From the NCBI RefSeq assembly GCF_009914755.1, contig NC_060934.1: 64,000 bases of DNA; one strand, given 5' to 3'. The notes under the pieces are model-generated. The model was not told the DNA's origin, did no database searches, and saw nothing but the letters and a program-made list of their open reading frames with translations. How positions within the stretch are numbered: the stretch's first letter is position 1; the number at the start of each line of letters is the position of its first letter. This document shows, one piece after another, positions 1 to 13,158 of this stretch. This DNA comes from the human T2T-CHM13v2.0 reference genome, Homo sapiens. Made by a program: the position numbers and the translations under genes.

Positions 1-871
1 TCTATTTATTTAGGTCTTAATGTCTTTTAGTGGTTTTATCCTTCTCTCTTTAAAGGATTTGCACATCATTTATAAGACTAATTCTTTGGTGTTTTATATT
101 CTTATTGCTATTATAAATTTTATTTTTTAAATTACATTTCCTAGCTAATTATTTTCTGGTGTCCAGAAATGCTGGTGACTTTGGTATATTAATTTTATTA
201 ATGCAGAAATTTTGAAAAACTCTCCTAGTAATTCTAATTACTTATCCATAAATTATTTTGAGTTTTCTACATAGAAAATCATACCACCTGCAAATAAGTA
301 CAGTTTCATTTTTTTCGTTTCTAATTCCTAACCCTTTTTATTGAGTTCTCTTGTCTTCTCTAACTAGGGCTTCTTGTGCAATGTTCTAGAAGTGGGGATA
401 GCAAACATTTGTGTCTTGTTACTGATCTTAAGGGAATGCTTTAAACGTCTGACCAATAAGTAGGACTTTTTTGCTAGATATTCTTTATCAGGTTCCTTCC
501 ATTTCTAGTTTGCTAAGAATGAACTTCGAATTTTGTACATCAAAAAAAAGTGATACTTTCCCTTTGATGTGTTAATGCGGTCATTTATAGTAATCAATTT
601 AAAAAATTTTAAACCTGCTTTAATTCCTGGAATTAACCTAACTTGGCTAAGATGTATTCCCCTTTTACTCAATGCTAGATTTGGTTAATAATATTCTGTT
701 TAAGACTTTTGTAAATATGTTTTGAGTAATATTGGTTGGTAATTCTCATTTCTTGTACCATACCTGTATGGTTTTGGAATCACTGTTACTAAAATAAGAC
801 AGATGTACAAAATAGAAATATGAGACCTACAAAATCCATGAAAATTGTTTAAGATATAAATATACATTTCA

Positions 872-1185
<314 letters not shown>

Positions 1186-1432
1186 AAGATGTAAAGATAC
1201 ATTTCAGTGAATGATAGATCAAACATAAATTGGAAAATATATAAGACTTGAATATCATAGTTAACAAGCTTCATAGAATAAATATCCCCTCATTTTTAAT
1301 TCTTTGTAAAGAGTCTATGTGAGTTGATTTATTTTTTGGAGGGATGCCTGGAAAATATGTCCATGAAAATGTGGTCCTAGATTTCAAAATATAGAATCAG
1401 TTTACCTAGAGTTATAAAAATCTTGAATTTTA

Positions 1433-1740
<308 letters not shown>

Positions 1741-3217
1741 TCTTGAATTTTAAAATATTTTTGTCTTGAGATATTTTAGTAATTTTTATTTGTTTTTAGA
1801 ACTTAGTCATTTCAATTTATTTCATTGGTCTTTTCAAAGAACTGGTATTTTTGCTTTGAGCCTCTTTACTGTATGTTTGTTTTGCTTTTCATTATTTTCT
1901 TTATTATTTTTCTCTTTCAATTTTGAATGTATTCTGCTGTTCTTTTAAACTTATTGTTAATTTAAATGCAGTGCAATAATGCTCATCTTGTTTTTCTAAC
2001 AAAAACAATTTAGCTATAAATTTTCCTTTAAATGTTGCATTAGCTATATTCTATAAGTTTTAATACATATTATTTTCATTAATTTTAATTCTGGATATTT
2101 CTAATTTTCATTGTTTTCTTCTGTGACCCACAGTTGTTTAGTAGAGCTTTAAAAAAAATCCCAAAAGTAAGATATTTTTCTTGTTATATCTTCAAAATAG
2201 TTTATAATTCAATTGCATTATGGTCAGATAGAGATCTATACAGATAACCAGTCCTTAGATCTTTGATTAGCTTTGAGAATTAGCATAAGGTCAGTTTTTA
2301 TAAATATTCTATATGACTTTAAAAGAACGTGAATTTTAAAATTGTTGGACACAAAGTTGTTATATGTCTATTAGAACAAGATTGTTAATTTGGTGTTCAG
2401 ATCTTATATGTCCTATCTAATATTTCTGTTTTCTGTTTATTCTTAATTTGTCAATAGCAAAGATGTGAATTAAAATTTTCCACTATTATGGCAAATGTTG
2501 TAGTTCTAGGGTATTTGTAATTTCATCAATTTTTGATTCATATATTTGGAGTGATGTGTAAACAGTTTAGAATTGTAATACTTCCTATTATACCTTCTAC
2601 TACCTGTGTAAGTCATGATCATCTTTATCTCTAATATTGCTTCTTACCATAAAGACAATCAAACATTATTATTTATACAGAATTGTATTCATTAATATTT
2701 GTCTCATTTTTCTTTCTTTTTTGTGTGTGCCCTATATTTTATGTATGTATTTAAAAAATTTTTAAATAGGGAGCAAATTTCTATTCTATTTCTTATAATT
2801 ACTCACATATTTAAAGCCTTATTCGTATATTCTTTATATACTTCTTTGTCCTTTCTTATACTGTTTTTATGTCTGAATTCATTATTTTCCTCTTTTAGTT
2901 TGAAAGTTCTATCAAACCTCTAGTTTAACACACATAGTTAACGAAGTCTCAAGTTAATACCTTTTCTTCCTTCTGAGCAATGTAAGAACATTAAATGCTT
3001 TAACTCTGATCGATAATATGTTCTAACCTATTTGACAGTGTTATCTGGTATTTTAATTCTAGCTTGATTCTTTCTCCTTCCTCCCAACAAACCACCAACC
3101 TCTGCATACTTTAACCCACAGATATGCCAGTATCTTTGCTTAGCATTCCCTCGTGTATCAGCCTTACAACTTTCTGCCTAAAACATATCCCTTACATTTC
3201 CTTTGATTTGTTTGTGT

Positions 3218-3218
<1 letters not shown>

Positions 3219-3253
<35 letters not shown>
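3219..3253. repeat. (GT)n microsatellite, ~17 units
   Basis: Read directly. Confidence 0.95.
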
Positions 3254-3257
<4 letters not shown>

Positions 3258-4434
3258 ATGCTCTGTGTTTTTGAATTTCCTAAATTGTCTTTGATTTCAT
3301 TCTTGGAAGATGGCCTTATTCAATATGGAATTCTAGTTTGACAGTTACTCTTTCTTTCTGAACTTTGATGATATTATTTCACTGGCTTCTAGCTTTGATT
3401 TTTTGGATCTTTTGAAGTCATCTGTGAGTCTTAAACTGCTGCTCCTTTGTAGGTATTCTTTTCTTCCTTTCTGCATGTCTTTAACAACTTGCTTCTCTTT
3501 TTGTGTTGTAAAGTTTTATTAATACTGTGTCTAGGTGTGGAGTTCCTTTTATGTATCTTGTTTGGGATTCATTGGGCTTTATAAATCTCAAGTTTGTGTC
3601 TTTCAATATCCTGAGATACCCTCTGCCATTATCTACTTGAATATTTCTTCTTCTCCATTTTCTCTATTACTTCCTCCTCTAATTTAGAATTTCACTTAGA
3701 TATTTGTTAAGGCCTTCTCACCACATCATCCATGTCACTTATCTTTCCTTCATTATTTTTCATATGTCTTTTTAAATTTTTAACTACATTCTGGATAAAA
3801 TTTGAATCTATCTTTCAATTTGCTAATTCTCTGCTTAGGTTTGTTTTACTTGCTATTTAATCCGTCTACTGAGTTTTAAAGTTTAATTACTATATTTTTC
3901 ATTTATAGAAATTCTATTTGGTCTTTTTAAAACTCTATTTTATTATTCTTTTATAATGTTTGTTTTCTGTCCTTAGTTTTAAGCTTCTCTCAAATTTCTT
4001 CAAGCATATTGCAAATAGTTATTTTATATTCATGTCTTGTAACTATACTATCTAAACTTGTTATTAGCCAGTTTTTCTTATAGGTTCTCATTTATGATGT
4101 CCTAAATCTTTGTGTTTCAGTTTTCTTACTCTGGGCTTTTAATTTTTCCTAGAAGTTTATTTTTTGGAAATACTTTGATGTCTGGGTTGAAGTTGAATTC
4201 CTCTAGAGAGATATTTTGCCAATTGCCTGACAGCACTAACTACCCCAGGACCACTCAAAATTAACTCCCCACTTAAGGTTTTTTGGAGACCATATGAGAA
4301 GCATGAATTGGATAGCAAAAACCTACGAGAGTTGGCTTGTAGTTCTAAAATCTCTCCACATAGCACAAAGATGGAGACAGGCAGGTGTCCTTGCCGTTTC
4401 CTTCTGAAGGGCAGACTTCTTTTCCTACTTATTC

Positions 4435-4746
4435 TTTTTTTTTTTTTTTTGTCAGACGGAGTCTCACCCTGTCACCCAGGCTGGAGTGCAATGGTGCAGT
4501 CTCAGCCCACTGTAACCTCCACCTCCACCTCCACCTCCCGAGTTCAAGCAATTATCCCACCTCAGCCTCCTGAGTAGCTAGGATTACAGGTGCCTGCCAC
4601 CACGCCCGGCTAATTTTTGTATTTTTAGTAGAGATGGGGTTTCACTATGTTAGCCAGGCTGGTCCCGAACTCCTGACCTCAGGTGATCCACCTGCCCCAG
4701 CCTCCCAAAGTGCTGGGATTACAGGCGTGAGCCACGGCACCTGGCC
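4435..4746 (-). mobile_element. AluS (Sx/Sz-like), antisense
   Basis: Poly-T then antisense Alu body ending ...gcacctggcc. TSD TTTTCCTACTTA. Internal (CCACCT)3 expansion. Confidence 0.93.
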
Positions 4747-6849
4747 TTTTCCTACTTAAGCAGGTTATTTAGTCTTTGGGGTGCAAGATTTACTCAGGGA
4801 TCTTCTGTGACATTTTCCACCACAGGTAGTCCTGAGACTTTGTTTCTTCGTCCTCAAACTGGAAGCTCAAGGTCTGCAGTTCCCCACAGACATGCTCGGG
4901 GCCAAGTGTGGATCTCTGGCTTTCCTGTGTCCTTGCACCCTAGGTTTTTTCTCTCCCTTCATTTTTGGGAACCTTGTTTTTATTAATTTTTCTCTGTGTC
5001 AACATAGCGGCATGTTTAAAAGATTGTTTTAATATTTCGTCTAACATTTAATTATTTCAAACAAAATATATAGTCTGCTACACTGCTAGAAATAGAAGCC
5101 CTAGGTTTGGGAATTATTAGGTATTCTTGTATTTGAAAAGGGGAACTAAACTTTGGCTAAGAAATAGACATGTCTGGGTGTGAGACCAGATTCTGTATTC
5201 AATATTTCCAGATATTTGTTTCCTCAGCTTTACTGATAATAACACCTTTTATTTGTATGTTGAATTTCTGTTTACAAAGTCCTTTCACACATATCAAGTC
5301 TTTGGAGAGTTGGCTGAAGCAGATGTTGTTATGCCTGTTGAGTGAATAGATGAGATTGTTGAGGGGGACACCACACTGATTTGGAACCCAAGTCTTAATA
5401 CCTAGAAGAGTTCTATTTTTGTTTCAATGCCATCTTGGATTAAATTATTTCAAAGAAGTTAGCAAGTGGATCTCAATTTGTTGTCTGGGGCAAGTCACTG
5501 CTTGGACACTATCTTGAGGGAGATCCGGAGCCCAAAGCTGGGTTTTCTTCATGTTGTTGCTGTTTGTTTGTTTGTTTTTTTGATAAAGAGTTCATTGATC
5601 CAGTTAGCAGTGTCTGCAAAAGTTACAAGAGATGAAAAATGCAACTTATTTGCTTTCCCAGATTTAAAATGGCCTTCCTGACTTTAAAAAATTCACAGTT
5701 CTCATATAAACATAAAATATATCTTTCTAAATTCAGATGGCATAAGTAATGGAAAGACAGACTTTGCTTATTTCAAATAATGAGGCTACTAGTTCTATTT
5801 ATGGTCAGCTTCCTTTGTGGTGTGTGAGATGAGCATGGAATGGTCTTTCATGATAGGGAATTTATTGCAAGAAAAACTAGAACATGAGGAAATCTTGGAA
5901 AGCCACCTCATCATTGATACAATCACTTGGGGCTTCTCATACGGTTGTGCTACAATCTTCTTGAGTTACAAAAATAAGGACCTGGCTTAGCTCGGGACAG
6001 TAGCTTGAAGTCAATCTGCTTGCCTTTTTCCACTCATACAATATTTAATATCTGATTGGGCCATGTGGCCAGCACCCATCACAGACTGTCCCTATTGGTC
6101 AGCATTTAAGCCAAACATTTCAGGGGTAACAGATCTTCTTAATGCAAAGGCCATTTATATTCCCTTCCTGTGCTGGCTGAGACCCTCATGCAAGGCTGCC
6201 AGCAGCAGGTTAGAAGGGTTCTTCTTCTCTAGCAAACCCTGAGACAGGTTGTATGACATCTCGTAAAAGGCAGGAGGAGTTGAGGCTACTCGTTTAGAAG
6301 AGAGCAAGGCAGTAACAATCATTACAACCTAAGGGCTTCTCCTGAAGTCCATGCACCCCAATTAGAGGATGATCAGATGAGCACACTGGGCAAATCAATG
6401 ACTACTCCTTGTTGGTGGTTTCTTAAATGTGCATTACTATTCAAATATCTTCATCAAATTTATGCTCTGTTAAGTCCTTTGAAGGTAAACTAAAAAATCA
6501 TTTCTCATTAAAATATCATCTTTATTTCAAACCTGCTCATGCTCATATCAGCTCCTCTAATGTCATTATGGAAAAAGGCAATTTCTTTCTTTTGATGGCT
6601 TATTTTTATATTTATGTTTCAGATCATTGTGGCATATAATCAAAGGAAAAGTTATCCTGGGGATTTAGACCTTCTGTAGATTAAGATGCTCAGATATGCA
6701 AAACCACTTCCCATCCTTGTGACTGTCAGTAGTTTTCTCCAGTGCAAGGAGTAACATTTATGAGTTTTCATAAGCATTTTTCATCAAGGAGTGTGGGGTG
6801 GACAGTGGAGCCAAAGCACCTTCTGTCATTCAAAAATCCTTAATCCCCA

Positions 6850-7145
6850 ACCAGGTGCGGTGGCTCACGACTGTAATCCTAGCACTTTGGGAGGCCAAGG
6901 TGGGTGGATCACTTGAGGTCAGGAGTTCAAGACCAGCCTAGCCAACATGGTGAAACCCCAACTCTGCCAAAAATACAAAAACTAGCTGGGCGTGGTGATG
7001 GGCACCTGCAATCCCAGCTACTCAGGAGGCTGAGGCAGGAGAATCACTTGAATCCGGGAGGCGGAGGTTGTAGTGAGCTGAGATCACACCACTGCACTGC
7101 AGCCTGGGGTAAAGAGTGAGACTCCATCTCAAAAAAAAAAAAAAA
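6850..7145 (+). mobile_element. AluS (Sx/Sz-like)
   Basis: Full dimer with A tail. Flanks aaaaatccttaatcc / aaaaattcttaatcc. Confidence 0.93.
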
Positions 7146-7899
7146 TTCTTAATCCTCCTCTGCTGCTACTTTCCCTCCTTGTATCTGCCCATTCCCAGGA
7201 TCAGTGCCTCCAGCCAGTTGACAAAAGGACAGCCACCTTCCTCCCGCTATCATTTTTCTTCCCACCACTGTTCTTCCTCTGCACTTCTTGTGCGTTGAGC
7301 CTGAGTTGATTCTTTTTCTCAGAACAAAATCTTCTTTGAAAATGCAACATGAGGTAAGAAAAGGAGTTTATAGTCTGCTTTTTTCTGTTTGCATTTCCTG
7401 CCTCTGACATTTGCTTTCAGACTAATTAGGAGTTTTGGAGTTCCTTTTCCTTTTCCCCATTGCTCATTTTCAAACAAGACTGTGCAACCCTTTCCATCAT
7501 GAGATGAAAATCTCACATGGCTCAGGTAGCTCAGGTATCACCCTGCCTAGAAACAGGGGATAAAGGACATGACCTTTCATGTCTTTCTGTCCCCAAGGAC
7601 CTTGGCCTCTTGCCAGAATCCTTAATAGGGTCCAGGTATATTTGTAAAATGAATACATGGTCTCTACCATTTATATTTTCATTTGGGCATTACATATCGG
7701 GTGCCTCCTATTGTCAGGCAGTGTGTTCGGTCCTAGAGCTTCAACAGTGACCCTGATGGGCATGTCCCTAATTGGGGGTGTGAAAACAAACAGGCAGTTA
7801 GCATTGCTCTAACTGCAATAATGCTAAGAACATCTGTGATTTTTGCTCTATTTAAAGAGAACACATAGTTTCTAAAGAGCTGCATCACACCTATATAAA

Positions 7900-8045
7900 T
7901 GATTTGTACTTTCTGAGCCTCCATTTCTCATTCATAGAATGGCCTAATGACTACATCATTGTGTTGTTCTGGGGATGAAATGAGGCAACCTAATGAAAAG
8001 CTTCCAGCACAGTGCCTGGCCCATGGGAGGTACTCAACCTCTGAT
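7900..8045. mobile_element. MIR fragment
   Basis: MIR core phrases 'ttctgagcctccatttctcattc' and 'cacagtgcctggcccatgggaggtactcaa'. Confidence 0.6.
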
Positions 8046-9323
8046 CACCTGGCTGTCCTTCTGATGGAATGCTCCTCTGCCTGCTCTGCTTGGCATGGTT
8101 TCCTCCTGCTGATGAGGGTGGGCAGGCATTGACCAGGCAGGCTTGTTTCCCACATCCTTTTTTTCAAATGGTCTTCTGGAGATGCACTTATATCCTCTGC
8201 AAAACACCCTTCCACACTAAGGTTTATTAAACTACCCAACGTTGCCTTTCTCCCTCAGAGAAGATCATACCAACTCTCTGAACATCCCAAAATGGAAAGT
8301 TTGTATAGATTGACTCATCAGAGCACAATTGTGTGTTCAGTGCCAGAAATTATCAGCTTGTGTGGAAAAATATAATTAGCAAAAGTAAAAAAATACAACA
8401 TAAAAAGCAGGACCTGTCTTCCTGATTCTTATCTCATTTGTTTTTTAAGAGTTTTCTTTTTTGGTGCCAGTTTTGTGTTTCTTGTAATCAGTAGGGTCCA
8501 AAGATTTTCCGCTTGGTTTAAGAGTCAACTGGGGATGAAGTTAAACTATAACATTGCACCTAAGCTAGTGCAATGACTATACCTTTCTTTACAAAGGGAG
8601 AGTTTTGAACTCATCTGGGTTACTGGAGAGAAGAATTAGTGATTCCTTTTCAGTGTCACCAGGCAGGCAGATAGCCCTGTTCATGGGATGGACCTGGTGT
8701 TACCGCCTATGTCAGCTCCTTTTATTGTAATGCTTTGCCTATCTACCCTCATTCGTAACAGCCAGTGAGCATCACCAAGTGTCAGAAACAGGGTGAAAAG
8801 TCATTATCTTTCATCTTCTTCCTAGTTTAGACCATCTTTCCTACTCACAGACAGATCAACACATAAATATTAACAATCAGCTGCTACAAATAAAGAAAAC
8901 CTACTACAAGGCTTTGAAAGCGAGGGACATATGCTCTTCCCACAGGTCACTATGCTTACTTCCTTCCCATCAGTAGTAAAGGGGCGTGTGTGTGTGTGTG
9001 TGGTCTGTGTGTCTCCAACTCTGGAGAGCAAATGAACAAGTTTGTCCAGGACAAGTAGACTCTGAATATCCTCTCATCCCACTGGCTCAGGATTTTCTAC
9101 TTATATTTCTGTTGTTGGTAATGTTAGCAGGATATGAGCACATTTGTCCTGTCTTATAATCCCCATGTTTAAAAATGTTTAATGCCCTAAGTCTTTGAAT
9201 GCTCTTGTCTCAGTTTTAGTTCTTAATCAAGCAGAAAGCTAGGACTGTGCTTAAAGGGAGGATGGAGGTAGGGTGGGGGACAGACACTCACTTGGAATGC
9301 AGGTCATTTAACTTGTTCCATGC

Positions 9324-9512
9324 TAGCACCCTCCCCCTCCTCACAGTGTGTAAAATGCTTGTTTTCTTTGAGAAGAGAGTAGCAAGTCCTATGGCTAGAG
9401 TCAGAAAACATGTCTTGGACAGCCTTCCTGGTTTTTTGTTGTTGTTGTTTTTTCCTCCCAGTTGAACTTGAATCTGAGCCTTGATGATTTAGAGTCCTAG
9501 GATTTCAGAGTT
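9324..9512 (+). repeat. Left arm of ~189-bp non-Alu inverted repeat (partner 10871-11058)
   Basis: TAGCACCCTCCCCCTCCTCACAGTG...CCTAGGATTTCAGAGTT is the reverse complement of 10871-11058 apart from 3 substitutions and 2 small indels. The ORF track shows the same peptide on opposite strands (9247+ and 10899-). Confidence 0.97.
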
Positions 9513-10870
9513 GGGTGGGAGATGGCTCATGGGAGAGATTGCACCTTGATCCCAAACCCCTTAGCTGCCAGGAAGAGTGTCAGAAAAATTATGAAATCAT
9601 ACTAATTCAGTATGGGTTGGTAGAGTCTCATTCTTCCTCAGGTAGTTACTGGAAAAACAGGAGTGCAGAGAACCAAGGCTTCCCATAGCTCAGACATGCC
9701 CTTGGGCCAGAGGGAATGGCCTCAAAAGTCCTTTGTCAAAGGATATTATGTTAGTTCAATAACAGTATAAATATCAGTAAGAAAGTGACAAGCATAAGGT
9801 TTAGCATGAAATTGGAGCCTCATTGTGTAACTTAGGAAAGTAAGGGCACACAGTGAAGTTTAAAAAAAATATTCAAAGGCCCAGTAGCGTGTGGGCAGGA
9901 AGACTGGCTGCTGCTGGGTGCCCACAGGATCTAGGCCCTTGCACATTGCCTATAAAGATGACTTGGAATTCATCCTCTTTTTCAAAGAGGCAGAGGCTTC
10001 AACATTTTGGAGGGGTCACAGTGGTGGTCCTGGCTCCCGCCGTGTGGGAGAGAATACATTTTACCTACCCTTCAAAGAATGAGTTAGAGCCTGGGGTGCC
10101 AATGCTGGCCAAATACAAGTTCCTGAGACAGAGAAATCAGGCGGATGCTGAGGATCTCACCTCGAACCATTTGCCCAACAGTGGAGGGTTTCCACAGCCC
10201 TTCCCCTTCTCCATGCCCTGGATGTGCCCGGAGGTGCTGTAGGCAGTATTGGTTGCTTGGGCTGATGACTTATATGTCTTAAAGTCTCCAAGTCATTTTT
10301 TATGGGGACACATAAAAATTCCTGCTCAACAGCTGCCCTATGTTCATTGATTTGTTTGTTTGTTTGTTTCCCTAAGAGATGCCAGTTTGGCAACACCCAA
10401 GGCTGCCTCTCCCCTGATTCAGATCTTGGAGACTTTCATCCAAAACCATACAAAGCCCCAGGGCAGTTTTTTTTGTGTTTCCCTGCATTTAGTGTAATTA
10501 GGTGGATAAACTTGCAAAGCCACCTGATTTGAATAAAGTCCATTATTCCTCCTGAAGGAGCTCAGGATGGGATCAATACCAATGGGATCCAACTCTCCAG
10601 CCTCCTCTCCCACTGGAATACCTCAAGGAAGAATGTAAATGAATAGAAGGAACAGAGCAAAGGGGATGAGGATAGAATTTAAGAAGTCGTTGTGCTTGCT
10701 ACGTTGGTGGCCAGATAGGGCCACTTTGGAACATCATGTAAACCACTTAATAACCTCCCACCACAGTATCTAGAGCAGGGCTGGGCCATGCAGTTTCTTC
10801 TCACATATTTTTACTTTAAGCAGAATACTTAATATCTATTGGCACGGCTCTGATGTTATTCATCAGACCT

Positions 10871-11058
10871 AACTCTGAAATCCTAGGACTCTAAATCATC
10901 AAGGCTCAGGTTCAAGTTCAACGGGGAGGAGAAAAAACAACAACAAAAAACCAGGAAGGCTGTCCAAGACATGTTTTCTGACTCTAGCCATAGAACTTGC
11001 TACTCTCTTCTCAAAGAAAACAAGCATTTTACACACTGTGAGGAGGGGGAGGGTGCTA
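10871..11058 (-). repeat. Right arm of ~189-bp non-Alu inverted repeat (partner 9324-9512)
   Basis: AACTCTGAAATCCTAGG...GAGGGGGAGGGTGCTA; manual reverse-complement alignment to the left arm. Confidence 0.97.
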
Positions 11059-11616
11059 ATCATTACGCAGAAGTGTTTCAATGCACACACCACTCACATT
11101 TAGATTTACTTTCTTTTGCTGCATCTTTATACCTACGATAAACCTGGTTTAATATTCCATTAAAATTTTTTTTTAAACCACTGTAACTTTGTTTAATTTG
11201 GTTGCTGAAAAAAGTTCTACTTTGGTATAATCTTGTGTTTGTAACCGAGATCGCTTTTAAGAAGGCACATTCTTATCAGAGATAATTTGGAAAAGCTGCA
11301 GGTTGTTCACTGTTTGGTACTATAGTAATGATTATCTTGAACTTACAGTTTAGGGTCCTACTTGTTTCACTTAGCATGCATCCTAAGTATTGTCTATATT
11401 GTTACATAATCATGTGGTTTTCATGGTTGCATCATAGTCCATTACAAGGAAATGTCACAGCTTGGTTATCTATTCTTCTGTACTGATCATTTTCAGTTTT
11501 TCAATATTTATCAATAACTTTGAGCAGAAAATCTTCTAGATTTCCCTTACATTTTATATTATTTTCTTAAGATGGACTTTCCAAGGTCTCTTATAAAGAC
11601 AATGAATGTATTTTAG

Positions 11617-11775
11617 GCCAAGGCTTCTCCAAGTGCAGTGTGTGCACAGATCGCTGGTGGATGTTGTGAAATACAGATTCTAACTCAGCAGGTGTGGGTT
11701 GGACCTGAGGATCTGCATTTGTCACAAATGCCTGCATGATGCCCAGACCGTGGCTCAGGGCTTTGGGCAGTCTCT
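11617..11775. mobile_element. MER5A-like hAT-Charlie MITE
   Basis: 'aaatacagattctaactcagcaggtgtgggttggacctgaggatctgcattt...gatgcc' matches the MER5A pattern. Confidence 0.6.
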
Positions 11776-11995
11776 TAAAGTTGCTGGTGTATTGGCATTG
11801 AGAGTATTTATAATACTCGTTTTGCCAAGTCACTGTGTGGGCTGGTTACCTAGGAGCTCCATCCCCTCAGAAGTACTTTCTAATCAAGAAGAAAGTTTGG
11901 ATTAGACTGGTGTCCAGAGGGATGGGGAGCTGTAACACCTGCCTTCAATAAAAGCCTCTAAGCTTAGTTGTGGCCACCATTAGAATCATCTGGGG

Positions 11996-11998
<3 letters not shown>

Positions 11999-12080
<82 letters not shown>
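11999..12080. repeat. Compound microsatellite (AC)18(TC)23 within a MER5-like element (~11960-12200)
   Basis: Read directly. Flanks 'agaatcatctggggag' and 'ccagggttgaggaccattg' are MER5-like. Confidence 0.93.
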
Positions 12081-12083
<3 letters not shown>

Positions 12084-12439
12084 TCCCTCCAGACCACTAC
12101 AAACAGAATGGCTGGCAATGGAACCTGGGTATCAGTATTTTTTAAAGCTTCCCAGGTATTAGAGGTGACTCTGTATAGCCAGGGTTGAGGACCATTGTTG
12201 TAAGCGCTTCCCAACTTAAATCTCACTGAGCTCCCAACTATGTTTTATACCTGCTTGGATGTAAAGCTTGGGGCTTATACATGCTACACTCAGACCTCTA
12301 CACTTTCGACAATGGATTTAGCACAGCCATGAGTTGTCTTTGCAATTCAGAAAAAACAATAACCATTATTTCGGACAGAAAACAAGGTATTTGTCATCGC
12401 TGACTTCTCCATCAAACTCACTCTTTTGTAGCATTTGCT

Positions 12440-12770
12440 GGTCCCATCTTACTGAATGCCACCATTGTACACTCAGTCTCCCAAGCCAAAAACCTGGGGC
12501 TGATCCTAGCCCCTTTACTTTCCCATGCCCTTCAGATCTAAGCAGTTCTCACAGTCCTTTGCTCTGTATGTACTTGTTTCTTATAGAATGTATCACATTA
12601 TATTAAAATTATCTCTTAGCATGGTATGTCCTTCAACTAGACCATGAGCCTCTTGACTCCAGAGATAGTATCTGATGCATCTTTTTATTCCCCACATCTA
12701 GTGCAGTGCCTGTCTAGCACAGAGTGGAGACTCCTGAAGTAACTATTGAATGAATGGATGAAATAAAATA
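12440..12770 (+). mobile_element. L2 3' fragment
   Basis: Ends '...agtgcctgtctagcacagagtggagactc...ttgaatgaatggatgaa', a typical L2 3' end. Confidence 0.6.
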
Positions 12771-12987
12771 GGTTTTGATCACATATAACCCTGGAAGATT
12801 ATTCTTATGGTTGAAAGTTTCATAGCAGCATGGTGCTAGCAGGAGCACAGATTGCCTAGATAGTGCCTGGTGCCAACATGGCCTTGGCCTTGGGGGTGTG
12901 CAAGATGGCAGACGGAATGCCCAGCACGCACTGAGTCCCTGCCACTCACCACCTGCTAGAGTAACACCTGCTGTTTCTGTTTGGCAG

Positions 12988-13158
12988 TTGCCTTTTCGGG
13001 CCTTGGCTTCACGACGTTCTACTTGGCGGGCAAGCTGCACTGCTTCACCGAGAGTGGGCGGGGAAAGAGCTGGCGGCTCTGTGCTGCCATCCTGCCCTTG
13101 TACTGCGCCATGATGATTGCCCTGTCCCGCATGTGCGACTACAAGCATCACTGGCAAG
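12988..13158 (+). CDS. PLPP4: PLPP4 penultimate coding exon (171 nt, phase 1/1), PAP2-family lipid phosphatase, encoding most of catalytic motif C3 ([11 protein letters not shown][D])
   Basis: Acceptor ctgtttctgtttggcAG at 12986-12987 and donor AAG|GTGAGT at 13159. Translates (F)[56 protein letters not shown], recognised as PLPP4/PPAPDC1A. Has the SRxxxxxHxxxD motif of PAP2 phosphatases. Confidence 0.96.

Noticed and set aside
9513-10870. Transposase or gene cargo between the inverted arms (129-aa ORF at 9853-10242)
   Set aside because: GTG start, no DDE or other recognisable motif.
12714-13157. 147-aa minus-strand ORF
   Set aside because: Antisense shadow of the GC-rich PLPP4 exon, with no independent gene signals.
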